From assembly GCA_951406725.2 (NCBI GenBank), contig OX597828.1, positions 3,472,001 through 3,536,000 of the forward strand: a stretch of DNA of 64,000 nucleotides, read 5' to 3'. The notes beneath the pieces are model-generated. The model had not been told where the DNA came from, made no database searches, and worked only from the letters and a program-made list of their open reading frames with translations. Source of the DNA: Octopus vulgaris (Eukaryota). The position numbers and the translations under genes were made by a program. Shown one piece after another: positions 29,529 through 42,899 of the stretch (position 1 is the first letter of the stretch; the number at the start of each line of letters is the position of its first letter).

Positions 29529-29530
<2 letters not shown>
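29323..29530. mobile_element. pogo/Tigger-like MITE
   Basis: Right end AACCGCGATATGGCGAGGGATTACT is the reverse complement of a (C)AGTAATCCCTCG-type TIR; degenerate left end CGATAATTCCTCAACTATACCG; TA flanks. Confidence 0.6.
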
Positions 29531-29617
<87 letters not shown>

Positions 29618-29751
29618 TGCCTTTGCTCTTGTTCTACATAAAATTCTGTCTGAAACCCGATATTTCATAGAATAATACAAATTAATTGTTGTACTTAAAT
29701 ATTATTACTAGCTTACATTTTCGTTACTTTGCTATTAGTTGCTTTGTAAGT

Positions 29752-29805
<54 letters not shown>

Positions 29806-29959
29806 ATTCTCATACTCCTGCTCTATTCAGGAAATTTTTTGTTGAATCAAAGATTAATAGGAAGTCCAGTTTGCAGTGAAGCGCTAAATCGCGATTCTAT
29901 CGTGTCAAGTATAACATGTAGCTTTATAATACCGAGATACTTTTTTCAATGTGTGTATG

Positions 29960-30312
<353 letters not shown>

Positions 30313-31182
30313 ATGAACTCTACCTCTGCCCCTAGCTCTGTGTGTGCGTGTGTTTTTGTATAGTAAAAAAAGAATAAAACCTAAATATTAAATTATTCAT
30401 AATACATAAAAGTTACAAAACATAGCTGAGGAAAAACAAAATTTAGAATACGAAAAAATCCTCGTAATAAAATAGAGATACTATACACAAAGTATAGATG
30501 TGTGTGTGTGTGTGTATGATTGTATATACACATGCACGCACACATATATATATATATATTCCTAAAACTTATTTCGTTCTTGCATTCATTGCTACATATT
30601 GGACGTAAAAGATTGCCGTGCCTCTATTGTTAGATCAGATCAACTTAAATAGAAACTGGGAAAATAAAAGAATTTAAAGAATAATGAAACCCTGCAGAAT
30701 ATGGCAACCAGATCTCGTTGAATAATCTCACCATATCTGTCTCTGCAGTGCTATTTCACTGGATGCTTACAAATAATTTCGCTGAATGATTTTCCAACAT
30801 ACAATTGTTCAGAAACTGGGAATTGTATTATAAAAGGAAACGTGGTTGGACTTTATTTTCTCTACAAAAGGAAGGACAAAATTGAGTTGCTTACAATTTG
30901 TATGCTTCTTGATTTTATATCCAATAGAAGAAACTAGCAACCCTTCAGAATATAAACTCCCAAATACAGGCTCGCATACATATATGTGTATGTATATGCA
31001 TACATACACTCGTACATTCAAATATGCTTCTTTTACTTTATGTGTGCGGATATTTGTATTTTAATATATTTAGAAGTTGCTCTTCCTGCTATGTGCATGT
31101 CTGTGGGTGTGTATGTACGTACATATGTATGCATCCTCTCTTTCCATCACTCACACAAACACGACACACACATCCTTAATGC

Positions 31183-31240
<58 letters not shown>

Positions 31241-31561
31241 GATATGTACCTGTATATATGTTTGAGTGTATATGCTTGTATGTGTGTATGTACGCATGTG
31301 TAGGCGTGTATCAACACTAAGATGCCATATTCACACAAGAAGCTGTGACCTTAAGCCTGTATGTTCTTAAATATTTATCTCTTTCTGTAGTTTGGTTTCT
31401 GTCTCTTTGTCATAGCTGAAGACACTGCAATTAACTTTCCCTACACTGGCAATCCCGCATATATTAACAGCTCATACTGGTGCATAAACTCACTCATGTT
31501 ATATCACTAATATTGTTTATTACACAAACACACACACACACACACATATACACACGCATAT

Positions 31562-31826
31562 AGGATTAAATGTAAGAAGACGCAAGTTAGGCAAGTCAGT
31601 ATACAAAAATATTAAATACATTTAATACAAAAAATTTACATACGTTTATATGTATAAAGGTCTGACTTACACAATGGAAATGATATCAGGAATTAAAGGT
31701 GTTGAATAAGAGTTTTAGGAGTCCAACAGCTGGTCCTGGCACCTTGGTGGTTCAAAATAATGATTCTATATTTACAATCATTTTTGTATCGACTTGCCTA
31801 ACTTGCTTGTCCTTACATTTACTCCT
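31562..31826. repeat. Imperfect inverted repeat, ~48-bp arms and ~170-bp spacer
   Basis: AGGATTAAATGTAAG..GCAAGTTAGGCAAGTC..ATACAAAAAT versus ATTTTTGTAT..GACTTGCCTAACTTGC..CTTACATTTACTCCT. Confidence 0.8.
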
Positions 31827-31897
31827 CTACCTGCTCAAGTTGAAATCACTTGAACACTAAGAAGTGTATTCAATACAGAGAATAACTGTATCTAATC

Positions 31898-31969
<72 letters not shown>

Positions 31970-32039
31970 TATATGTGTGTGCGCATGAAGGCGCGTTGCT
32001 TAGTGGTTAGGATATTCGCTCCCGATTGTAAGGTCGTGA

Positions 32040-32369
32040 ATTCCTTATTTTTTATAGCTCAAATAGTGGTACGTACAAAAGGTAAGTGTGATTTCCGTTG
32101 TCACTGCCTAATATTTCCTGATATTGAACTTTCAAAATATTTTCTTTCTCATCTTACTCAAGATCTCTTGTTTTTTATAAATAGGAGAGAGATGGAAAAA
32201 AGATAGAGAGTAAGAGAAAGAGAGGGAGAGTCCGAGAGAAAGGAAGAGTAAGAGAGTGGGAATATGAGAGAGAAAGGAGAGAGAAACAAAGAGGGAGAAT
32301 GTGACGATAAGCAAGAGAAAGTAACAACCACACCCTCACCCGCGCGTAGAGTGGGTCACCTTAAGCTAG
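32040..32369 (+). mobile_element. Helitron-type element 3' part, same family as 1490-2239
   Basis: Reverse-complement match to ~1490-1850; ends ACCCGCGCGTAGAGTGGGT-CACCTTAAGCTAG|T. Confidence 0.8.
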
Positions 32370-32750
32370 TATAGATAATAATATTGTTATTATTATCGAA
32401 AGGAATACAAATAGTTTATAACAACAGTTTTAATGGTTGCAGGCCAATATCAGCATTATATAGCCATAGAATTAGAATTACATTAATTAAAGGAAACATT
32501 AAATTGTCTATCCGCTGGAAATAAGAGTTAAATCCCTCATTCGGACCACTAAATATAGACATATATACCTGTTCCGTTAAATATATAACTTTATGCTATA
32601 TGTATATGCGAGAGATCTTTTGGTTCGCTTGCCCGAATACTGCTGAATCTGTTATTCTCAATGTAAATATTTTTTGGTAGTCCAAATGAGGGTTTTGACT
32701 GTTATTTCTAGCTAGTAAACAGTTTCATGTGTCTTTTGATTAATGTAATT

Positions 32751-33070
32751 ATACACGGTTATTCAAACAGAACGAATCGATTTCTTTACGCAATATTTTA
32801 ATAAGGAAAAGCGATAGAAAACTCTAGCAAAGTCACAAGTGTTTACTTACAATCAAATTTTATTTCCTCACGGGCAACATCAATACGATAAGGGAATCCC
32901 TCCCAGACGCCTATCAGCATATCATGATCCACTGATTTCATCGCTGTTGTTATTCGATGTTATAGGTCATCGAGGTTAGTGGGTAGCGGTGGAACATAAA
33001 CGCGATCTTTTACAAACCTCCACAAGAAAAGATCACATACGGTGAGGTCTGGGGATTTCGCAGGTCAAGC
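32751..33070 (-). mobile_element. Tc1/mariner 3' fragment, rosa/DD41D-like
   Basis: Minus-strand translation PAKSPDLTVCDLFLWRFVKDRVYVPPLPTNLDDL resembles the WP.RSPDLTP.DFFLWG..K..VY motif. Confidence 0.8.
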
Positions 33071-33804
33071 ACATATATCTATACATATATTTGCATATAT
33101 GTAAATACTAATACTACACACATAAATACACATATACGCACATACATTTGTATGTACATACACACTTACGTGCATACGCGTTCACAAACAGGCAAATGCT
33201 GTCATACACACACTCATACCCAGATTAAATAGTCAGTCAGACACTCAATAATGTTTAGCCTTAATTACCTGAAACTATCAATTCGTTGAGATTTGCTTCC
33301 GCCCATTTTTTGACTTGTGACGTCTCGCAGACATTCCTTTCTCATTGATTTATGGCGTTCAGTCGTAATGGCACCCAATAGCAGCACGTTTTACGTTCAA
33401 CTTTTGCATTGTCTACGGCGACAGCATTCCAACACAAATACATACAACACATACGCATGTGTTCTACAGTAGAGGCAGGTTTAAATAATTTATATATACA
33501 TCTGACTTGATACTTTTATACATGTCTATACATAAATAAATACACATACATACTTACGTGTGTGTGTGTGTGTGTGCGTATGCGTGTGAAAATGTATAGA
33601 AATTAAGAGAAAATATCCACCAAACTAATAAGAGAACTATTTTGACCTTGTTAGTCTTGCAAAGCATTGATTAGAATTGTTGATTTCTGCATTCGATTCA
33701 GCATATTAAATGTTGAGCTTTGTTGAAAATTTTGGTCAACTATAAATAAGTACCAGTCAAGCACCTTCCACCAAAATTTTAGGACTTGTTTCTGTAATAA
33801 AGGT

Positions 33805-34811
33805 TTCTTCTTCTTCTTCTTCTTCTTCTTCTTCTTCTTCTTCTTCTTCTTCTTCTTCTTCTTCTTCTTCTTCTTCTTCTTCTTCTTCTTCTTCGTCTTC
33901 ATCTTCTTCTTCTTCTTCTTCTTCTTCTTCTTCTTCGTCTTCATCTTCTTCTTCTTCTTCTTCTTCTTCTTCTTCTTCTTCTTCTTCTTCTTCTTCGTCT
34001 TCTTCTTCTTCTTCTACTTCGTCTTCGTCTTCTTCTTCTTCTTCTTCTTCTTCTTCTTCTTCTTCTTCTTCTTCTTCTTCTTCTTCTTCTTCTTCTTCTT
34101 CTTCTTCTTCTTCTTCTTCTTCTTCTTTCTTCTTCTTTTTCTTTTTTTTTTTTTTTTTTTCTTTTTCTTTTTCTTCTTTTTTTTCTTTTCTTCTTCTTCT
34201 TCTTCTTCTTCTTCTTTTTCTTCTTCTTCTTCTTCTTCTTCTTCTTTTTCTTCTTTTCTTCTTTTTCTTCTTTTTCTTTTTCTTCTTCTTCTTCTTCTTC
34301 TTCTTCTTCTTCTTCTTCTTTTTCTTCTTCTTCTTCTTCTTCTTCTTCTTCTTCTTCCTCCTCCTCCTCTTCTTCTTTTTATTCCTCTTCTTCTTCTTCT
34401 TCTTCTTCTTCTTCTTCTTCTTCTTCTTCTTCTTCTTCCTCCTCCTCCTCCTCCTCCTCTTCTTCTTTTTCTTCTTTTTCTTTTTCTTCTTTTCTTCTTT
34501 TTCTTTTTCTTCTTCTTCTTCTTTTTCTTTTTCTTCTTTTTCTTTTTCTTTTTCTTCTTCTTCTTCTTCTTCTTCTTCTTCTTTTCCTTCTTGTTCTTTT
34601 TTTCTTTTTCTACTTCTACTTCTTCTTCGTCTTGCTCCTCCGCCTCCTCTTCTTCTTCTTCTTCTTCTTCTTCTACCTCTTCTTCTTCTTCGTCTTGCTC
34701 CTCCTCGTCCTCCTCGTCCTCCTCGTCCTCCTCGTCCTCCTCCTCCTCTTCTTCTTCTTCTTCGTCTTGCTCCTCCTCCTCTTCTTCTTCTTCTTCTTCT
34801 TCTTCTTCATC
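33805..34811. repeat. ~1-kb (TTC)n polypyrimidine/polypurine tract
   Basis: Directly visible, with TCC, TTT and GTC variants. Confidence 0.98.
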
Positions 34812-34949
34812 TTGAGTGAGAGAGCAGTGCATGCCATCAAAGTGACATTGGGATACAAATATACGAAGCCCAATATACACACCACGACCACCCGTCTGAT
34901 GATGGTACACCAGGCTCATGCATCACAACCATATATGCGCGACTTATGT

Positions 34950-36440
34950 TATTTTTTTTCCTATTGAGGCGCGGTGCAGTCTTTTGTTATGTTACAGCTA
35001 GTATTGTGCTTTGGGTTATCTAGCTTGCTGGTGGAAGTTTATTTCACTGGGTAAATGCTGCATAGAGTGCGTTGTGTATTTATGAGATGTTTTGTTTAGG
35101 TTGTATTATTGGATTGATAGTGTCTTGCGTAGGATGTAGGCTGTTCCTAGCAGGGTTATTGTTTGGAGAATGGGTAGTGTTGTGGATCCAACCAGAGCTT
35201 CTACATTTTTGTTCATGCTTTTTTTTATCGTACCCAATGCTCAAATATGGAGGCATATAGCCTAGTGGTTAGAGCAGCGGACTCGCGGTCGATGGATCGC
35301 GGGTTCGAATCTCAGACCGGGCGATGTGTGTGTTTATGAGCGAAACACCTAAGCTCCACGCGGCTCCGGCAGAAGGTAATGGCGAACTTCTGCTGACTCT
35401 TTCGCCACGACATTCTCTCATTCTTTCCTCCTGCATCTTGCAGCTCACCAGCGACGGACCGGCGTTCTGTCCAGGTGGGGAACCTAATTGCCGAGGAAAC
35501 CGGGAAACCGGCCCTTATGAGCCAGGCATGGCTCGCGAAGGAACAAACAAACAAATGCTCAGATTATTATTGGTATTGTTTCCACCTTCATGACCCACAG
35601 TTTGGATGCTTCAATTTCGAGGTTTTTGTACTTTGACAATTTCTCCACTTCTTTTTTGACTATATTTTGATCAGAAGAGACTGCACTGTCTATCAGTAAA
35701 CAGATGTTTTTTTCCCCAATCTTTGACTATTATGTCTGGGCGATTAGCTTTTATTTCTTTGTCGGTTTAACCGGTATATCCCAGATGATTGTGGCCTGGT
35801 CGTCTTCTTGTACCTTGTTTGGCACATACTTATGCCACCTATTGTCAGTTTTAATATTGTAATGTTGGCATATTTTCCAGTGGATATAACTGCTTACTTT
35901 GTCGTGTTTCTATACGCATTCAGACTTGGCAAGGACTGAACAGCCCAAGATAATGTGGTCAACAGTCACATTGTTTGGTTGTACATTTTGCATTTGGTGT
36001 TGGGGTCTGTCTTCATTATTTTGCTTTTATATTTTTTATATTTTTGTTTTTATAGACATTGCTCTTCCGTTTCGGGTTTTAGTCCAAAACGTTTGAGCCA
36101 TTGTTAGATTTTTCTTTGGCTCACGTCCACTCTGTTAAGCCTTGATGGGTATTCATCATGAAGTGATTCTTCTCTCCATTTCTTCTCAGTATATTTTGTA
36201 ATTCAGTTTTCGTACTGGGGTCAATCTAATCGACTGGCCCCCTCCTCAAATGTTTTGGGCCTTGTGTCTAGAGTAGAAAAGGATATCTAGTGTATCTTTT
36301 GATATGGTCATTATAACTTGTAAGGCTCTGTTGTATCTATTTATCCTTTCATAGAGCTGTTTATTTTTCTGCAGCCTGGGGAGACGTTTACGCTGGTCCA
36401 TATTTATCGACTGTGTGATGTTTAGTTCGTCTTCTACCTT
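34950..36440 (-). mobile_element. R4/Dong-like LINE 3' fragment interrupted by SINEs
   Basis: Minus strand reads KCKMY..TVDHIILGC..KHD..IHWKIC..IIWDIP..ANRPDIIVKD..KLSKYKNLEIE..IPIII.ALG. Confidence 0.85.
35248..35553 (+). mobile_element. tRNA-derived SINE, family D (V-domain-like), with target-site duplication
   Basis: A box TAGCCTAGTGG, B box GGGTTCGAATC, CAGCGACGGACCGGCGTTCTGTCCAGG, (AAAC)n tail; AATGCTCA is duplicated at 35236 and 35554. Confidence 0.85.
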
Positions 36441-36632
36441 TACCGCGCCGGGCAAAATGCTTAGCGGTATTTCGTCTGTCTTTACATTCTGAATTCAAAC
36501 TCCACCGAGGTCGACTTTGCCTCTCATCCTTTCGCAGCCAATAAAATAAGGGCCAGTTGAGCACCGAGGTCGATGTAATCGACTTATACCCTGCCCCGAC
36601 ATTGTTAGCCCTGTGCCAACATTTGAAATCAT

Positions 36633-36635
<3 letters not shown>
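36440..36635 (+). mobile_element. SINE family A followed by (TAC)n; a 3' piece of the same family lies at 36210-36285
   Basis: GCGCCGGGCAAAATGCTTAGCGGTATTTCG..GAGGTCGACTTTGCC. Confidence 0.8.
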
Positions 36636-36704
<69 letters not shown>

Positions 36705-37439
36705 CATCTCAGAAGACACAATCTGATGTATTTCTGATATCGCATTTCGTCTCTGGATTGTTTGTTCGAAGCTCAAACAGCGTAACAAAAATATTTTCTG
36801 TTAATACACTTTTATACACGATGTATTTCCAGTCTGCGGACAAAATGATCTGTGTTGGTAAATCATATTGTTATCAATATTGTGTGGATAAATGTATAAA
36901 CTGGTGATGTAGAAACCAACCAAAAAACAATCATATTGAAAACAAATGTGTTTCTTCGAATAAGAACATAAGGGGAAAATGAACAGGAGTATTTTATAGC
37001 AAAGTGCATGCAATTTATGATAGGAAAATATTGGTTTATCTGTGGAAAACTATTTTGTAGAGAGTGATTCTAGCGAAACATTTGGAAAAGATAATAACAA
37101 AAATAATACACAAACATCCACAGAAGTTTGTCAAATGAAAGTAAAGATACATACATGTGTGTAGAACTAGTTTCATCCCTTGTCAACAAAAGCTGCCACA
37201 GGCCAATTTTGTAAATTAGACGAACGAATAACCACATAACAATATTGTGTAACAAAAACGGTAGGTTTTTACTCGAATCTATTAGAGAAGAACTATAGAA
37301 AAGGAGAGTGGCCTAGCTGCAGTTTGCTAAAGCCTCAACAGTTTTTTTTGTGCCTTCCAAATACAAATTTAGGAGCTGCATTTGCGCAATACGTTTCATG
37401 AGATCAGATGCACAGATTGGGGGAAGAGATAGGCTCCTT

Positions 37440-37826
37440 AATCATACGTTAGACACAAAGCCTGAAATTTTGAGGTAGGGCGTAAGTCAATTACATCGGT
37501 CCCAATGCTCCACTGGTGCTTATTTTATCGAAAGGATAAAAGACGACCTGAGCGGGCATTTGAACTTCGAACGTAGTCAGAAGAAATGTTGCTAAGCATT
37601 TAGTATTGCGTGCTAACGGTTATGCCAGCTCGCCGCCTTAACCTGACCGTTTCTGTCATAGGCACAAAACCTGAAATCTTGGAAGAATAAAACCTATTTT
37701 ATTGACTCCGAAAGAACGAAAGGCCAAGTCGACCTCTGCGAAATCTGAACTAGGAACGTGAAGCCAGAAGAAATACCGCAAATCATTTTGCCCAGCAGCG
37801 AACGATTGTATCAGCTCACCGCCTTA
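37440..37826 (-). mobile_element. Two tandem SINE family A copies (37440-37639 and 37650-37826)
   Basis: Each ends CAGCTC.CCGCCTT on +; AACCTGACC flanks the second copy on both sides. Confidence 0.75.
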
Positions 37827-38007
37827 ACCTGACCAGAAATAATATAAAATGGCAGAGAACTAGACAGAAACAGAATAAGAGACAGGAAGGGAGAAAGAGG
37901 ACGATGAGAAACTACTGGAGTAGTAAAAATTTAAGAATCTCTGATCTGAATCACGTGGTAGTTCCTCACACCAATGAGTGTATATATGTGTGTATGTGTG
38001 TGTGATA

Positions 38008-38076
<69 letters not shown>

Positions 38077-38744
38077 TTTTATGTTTGTGCGTATGTGTGT
38101 TACTCAAACCTATACGTTTAAAATGTAACAAATATCTTCATTTAATAATTATGTGTCTTACATATGTGCGCAACAAATATCAAAGTTTTATACATTTTCT
38201 ATATGCGACCTCCTTAGCCTTAGGCTAAATTTTTCTTCCCATCACACCACTTTATTGTAATCTTCACGTGTAAGATTTCGTTTGGATCGTATGTAACTTA
38301 CAAATAAATTAGAATTCTTAGAGTGTCGGGCAAAGCTCCTGGCAGCATTTGATTACGGCTCTAATGATCATATCTGTGTGATATATTTTATAGTTCACAA
38401 ACAATGTTTTTATTTGATAGATTTCGTTGTTTCACGATGTTGGCTCAGCAGAATAGTGTTGTAGATGCTCCGCAATGACGAGCATTTTAGGCAGCCGACG
38501 TGTTTGCCTTAAGCACGAGTCAGCTCATGTTTTGCAAATGCAAAGGGTTGGTGGAAGAAGTGGAAGGCCGTTGGATGGATTGTAGCTCTAATTAAGAGGG
38601 TCAACCTTGATTCTGCATGAAGAAACAAATGTCGGTGGAATTCTACTTCAATTACATAATGCTTCAATGAATATAGCAGTTTATATGAATGAATAAGAGG
38701 TATACTCATTATGAAATGTACGGAGATTCATCATTAATTAATAT

Positions 38745-38865
38745 ACCTCCGCTGAAATCGGTTTTGCCTGTTATCCTTTCGGGGTCGATGAAATAAGTCC
38801 CAGTTGGGGTCAGTGTAATCGACTAGCTTCCACTCCCTAAATTCCCGGCTTTATACCTATAATAA
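38745..38865 (+). mobile_element. SINE family A, partial
   Basis: ATCCTTTCGGGGTCGATGAAATAAGT core. Confidence 0.65.
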
Positions 38866-39847
38866 CTATCGATTAGAAATAGAAATAATTAACAGTTACT
38901 TACTATGTTGAGTCATAAGAATTGAAAGATTGTTTTGATAGAATGCAAGAACACCTTCGGGCAGCCTTCCGCTTTTTCTATTCAAAGAGGTTTTTTTCAG
39001 GCCAATATTTACATGCAATTATTTATAGTTCTATGTGTTCGGTCCGAGGTATCTCGCTCTTAAAAGAATTATAAATTAATATAATTTCATAGACATTCGT
39101 GTGATCTTTCATTATGTTTTTGTTAATGATGGTGAGACTGATGGAAAAATTGGGAACATATGGGTCTCCCAACTAATTTTGGTACCTAACTGAAAATAAT
39201 TCACCACAATTTAACATCCTTGTCTTTTTGAAATGCATGAAGACCACCCCTACGTCATTCTGCCTTTAAATGTACGGTGATGTAGTGTGAGTAAGAAATC
39301 AATGTTATTTCTCGAGCAACTACATTATGTAAAGATTCTCTCATCTAAACACATATGCATGATAACTCATACGCAAGCACATGCACATCTTAACACATCC
39401 TCACGCCTCACACACACATACACACACACAAACACACACACATACACACACACAAACACACACACACACACATACATATACACTATTACACACACACTTA
39501 CTCACACATACACTCACACACGCACCACAGATACACATGCACACACACAATTCCAATATATATGCATATCTTTATATATATACACACACAAACACCGAAC
39601 ACATATATAAGTTAGACTCATTAATATATAGCACATACGCACCAATTTTCACATACATATATGTCTCTTAAACCTATACAACACAGACATTTAGTTATAC
39701 ATTTTCAGGTTCACATATTTACACATATATAGGCTTACACTTATACTCAGAAAGAAGCACGCACAAACATATACATACATACATACATACATACATACAT
39801 ACATACATACATACATACATACATACATACATACATACATACATACA

Positions 39848-39915
<68 letters not shown>

Positions 39916-39929
39916 TATATATACATACC

Positions 39930-39961
<32 letters not shown>

Positions 39962-41468
39962 AACATACTATTACCATACACTCGTAAATAGATGCTCTCA
40001 CATACGTTTATACACAATCTAAACACGCTATCACACACACACACACACACACAGTCTGTACAAATGAATACAAACTTTGACAAACACATTCACACGTACA
40101 AACATTCACCTACATACATTTACATTCACACGTACGCACATACACACGCTGCATTAACCAACTCACAGCTTTCCATAAATTAAGACTCAGTCTTTTACTT
40201 TAATAGCGGCATTCACACAAACACCAGCGAAACAACAACCACCACCATTACCACTCGTAACAACAAACATTTTAACATTGACGACGACGATGACGACAAC
40301 AACAACAACAACAATGACAACAACAACATTAACATCAATATAACAGCACCTCCCTGACCTTCTTCACTCTTTAGCAGCGCTTGTTACACCTACTTCTTTG
40401 GTGATTCCAGCATTTTCTGTTTATTAGTCTCGGTTTTAATAGCTATTGCTCAGTGCCGTTTCTAATACGACTTGTCTGAGAACAACATCGGAACTAATAT
40501 AATTTCCATTCTGCTTCCTTGACTCTTTTATACATGGTATTTTGGGACTTATTAGCTTCCACTCTACTCTTTTTATCCCCCACCTACACTATTTTCGCTT
40601 CTGTTCACTTTCTACTCGAGAAACATACTTTGAGACGATTTGTATGTTCAGACACAGCTCGCTTCCATGAAAGTATTAATACTTTTGCTGCAGGCACAAA
40701 GAATCTTATAACAAGGCTTATAAATTAGTGTGGCATGTTTTGACAATTGAGCAAAATTTCGTGCTTCAAATTGGACAGACTTTTGCAGCAGTGTCATTGG
40801 TCTTCTTTTATCTACAGCCAGAGCTGCTATTAGGAAGGAAATGCTGTGTGATCAAGGGTTAGAATTCAATACAACGAGAAGTGCTGTGCTCTGAGAATAA
40901 GGGCAATAGTTCTTCGCTTTATAGTTTTATTGGCGCTGGTTTGCTAGCTCATGCTGCAACATATTTAGTTCGACTGAAAATATTGTTAAACATATATGTC
41001 TGCATGTTGCTATATACATACATACATACATACATACATACATACATAAATACATACATACCTACATACTTACATATACACGTATATAGAAGATAGAAAC
41101 ATAGAAAAATATACATAGATATATATTTAACACACTACACACACACACAAGGTTGTGTGTGACTGAACGCATGTACGTACGTATGCATGTAAGTGTGTGT
41201 GTGTACATATATATGTATATAAATATATATATATAAACAGCGTTAGATTTCGACGTCACAATGTGAATAATATCAATGCACAGCCAGAACTATGCGTGTT
41301 TATATTAGAGTAAAAAGTCTATAGAGACGAATAGTAATGAATATTTGTTTATATCTGTACATATATGTATGTGATTATGTATGTGTGTATGTATATGAGG
41401 GGGGGTCTGTGTGAGCGTGTGTTGTCATTGTACATAAATATAATACTGTCTTCCCTCTATTTCCCCAT

Positions 41469-41539
<71 letters not shown>

Positions 41540-41663
41540 TATGTATGTATGTATGCATGTATGTATACGTCTATACATAAACATATATACATACATGTGT
41601 GTGTGTGGATTATACATACGTAATACATAAATACATGTATTCATGTATGCGCGCATATATCTA

Positions 41664-41809
<146 letters not shown>

Positions 41810-42021
41810 CAATAATAAATCTCTGAACGAGGTATAAACAGTAACTGCACGACAATGTAAGGTATACTAGCCATCTCAATATGGCTAACCACCAAGGGTG
41901 GGTGTTACTGTAGCTTGTAGCCCCAGGAGAACATCTCCTCCAGCTGGCTTTAAGCACACTTTCTGTGCTCTAAGGTATTTGCAAAGGGAGGTCACCCTTC
42001 CCTCGTCAACCTAAATGATAC

Positions 42022-42064
42022 GTACGGACTGCAGTTTCTAGGTATTGACCTGTCATTAGCGTAC
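42022..42064 (-). ncRNA. Second hammerhead copy with mutated core (CTAATGA), probably inactive
   Basis: Reverse complement is GTACG-CTAATGA-CAGGTCAATACCTA-GAAAC-TGCA-GTC-CGTAC. Confidence 0.6.
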
Positions 42065-42284
42065 GACAATCACCGGTTTTCGATGATAAAGTGTTCCAAT
42101 GCAAATCCTTATATATCGTTTTTCCAGTAACGATTCGTCACTGATCTCGATAAACTGCATGCAAGCAATAATAAATCTCTGAACGAGGTATAAACAGTAA
42201 CTGCACGACAATGTGAGGTATACTTGCCATCTCTTGCCAAGGATTTGCATTGGAAAACTTTTTCATTGAAAACCGGTGATTGTC

Positions 42285-42327
42285 GTACGCTGATGACAGG
42301 TCAAAACCTAGAAACTGCAGTCCGTGC
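42285..42327 (+). ncRNA. Minimal type I hammerhead ribozyme motif
   Basis: GTACG-CTGATGA-C-AGG-TCAAAA-CCT-A-GAAAC-TGCA-GTC-CGTGC: stem I GTACG/CGTGC, stem II AGG/CCT, palindromic stem III ACTGCAGT, GUC cleavage triplet. Confidence 0.75.
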
Positions 42328-42493
42328 GTATCACTTAGGTTGACGAGGGAAGGGTGACCTCCCTTTGCAAATACCATAAGGGCACAGAAAGTGTGCCTAA
42401 AGCCAGCTGGAGGAGATGTTCTCCTGGGGCTACAGGCTACAGTAACACCCACCCTTAGTGGTTAGCCATATTGAGATGGCAAGTATACCTCAC

Positions 42494-42536
<43 letters not shown>

Positions 42537-42899
42537 GTATGTATGTATGTATAGGCAAATATATGAATATATTCTTACATATATGTAGGTACGTGTACAA
42601 ATATGTATATGTAAATATATGTATATATATATATCCGTGTATAGGTATTTGTACTCCTTTCTGATTTTTGATCTACGCTGAACAAATATGCGGGGCATCT
42701 GACTTGGAAACGGGTTGCCTCTCTTTCTTTCTTTTTCTACCTTTCTCTTTCTCTCTCTTTCTCTCTCTCCCTCCCTCTCTCCCCCTCTCTCGCTCGACAG
42801 TCTCACCTCCACATTCTTTCTCCACCTAAAACCGCTCCGTTCTCGGCCTGGTCTCCAGCATAGGGCATATCTCGTACTACTTTTAGATAGAAGTGTGAC

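Noticed and set aside
34014-34919. 301-aa poly-E/K/R ORF
   Set aside because: Translation of the (GAA)n tract, with no non-repetitive domain.
35249-35322. tRNA gene
   Set aside because: Has A and B boxes but no acceptor-stem pairing, and continues into a SINE body and tail.
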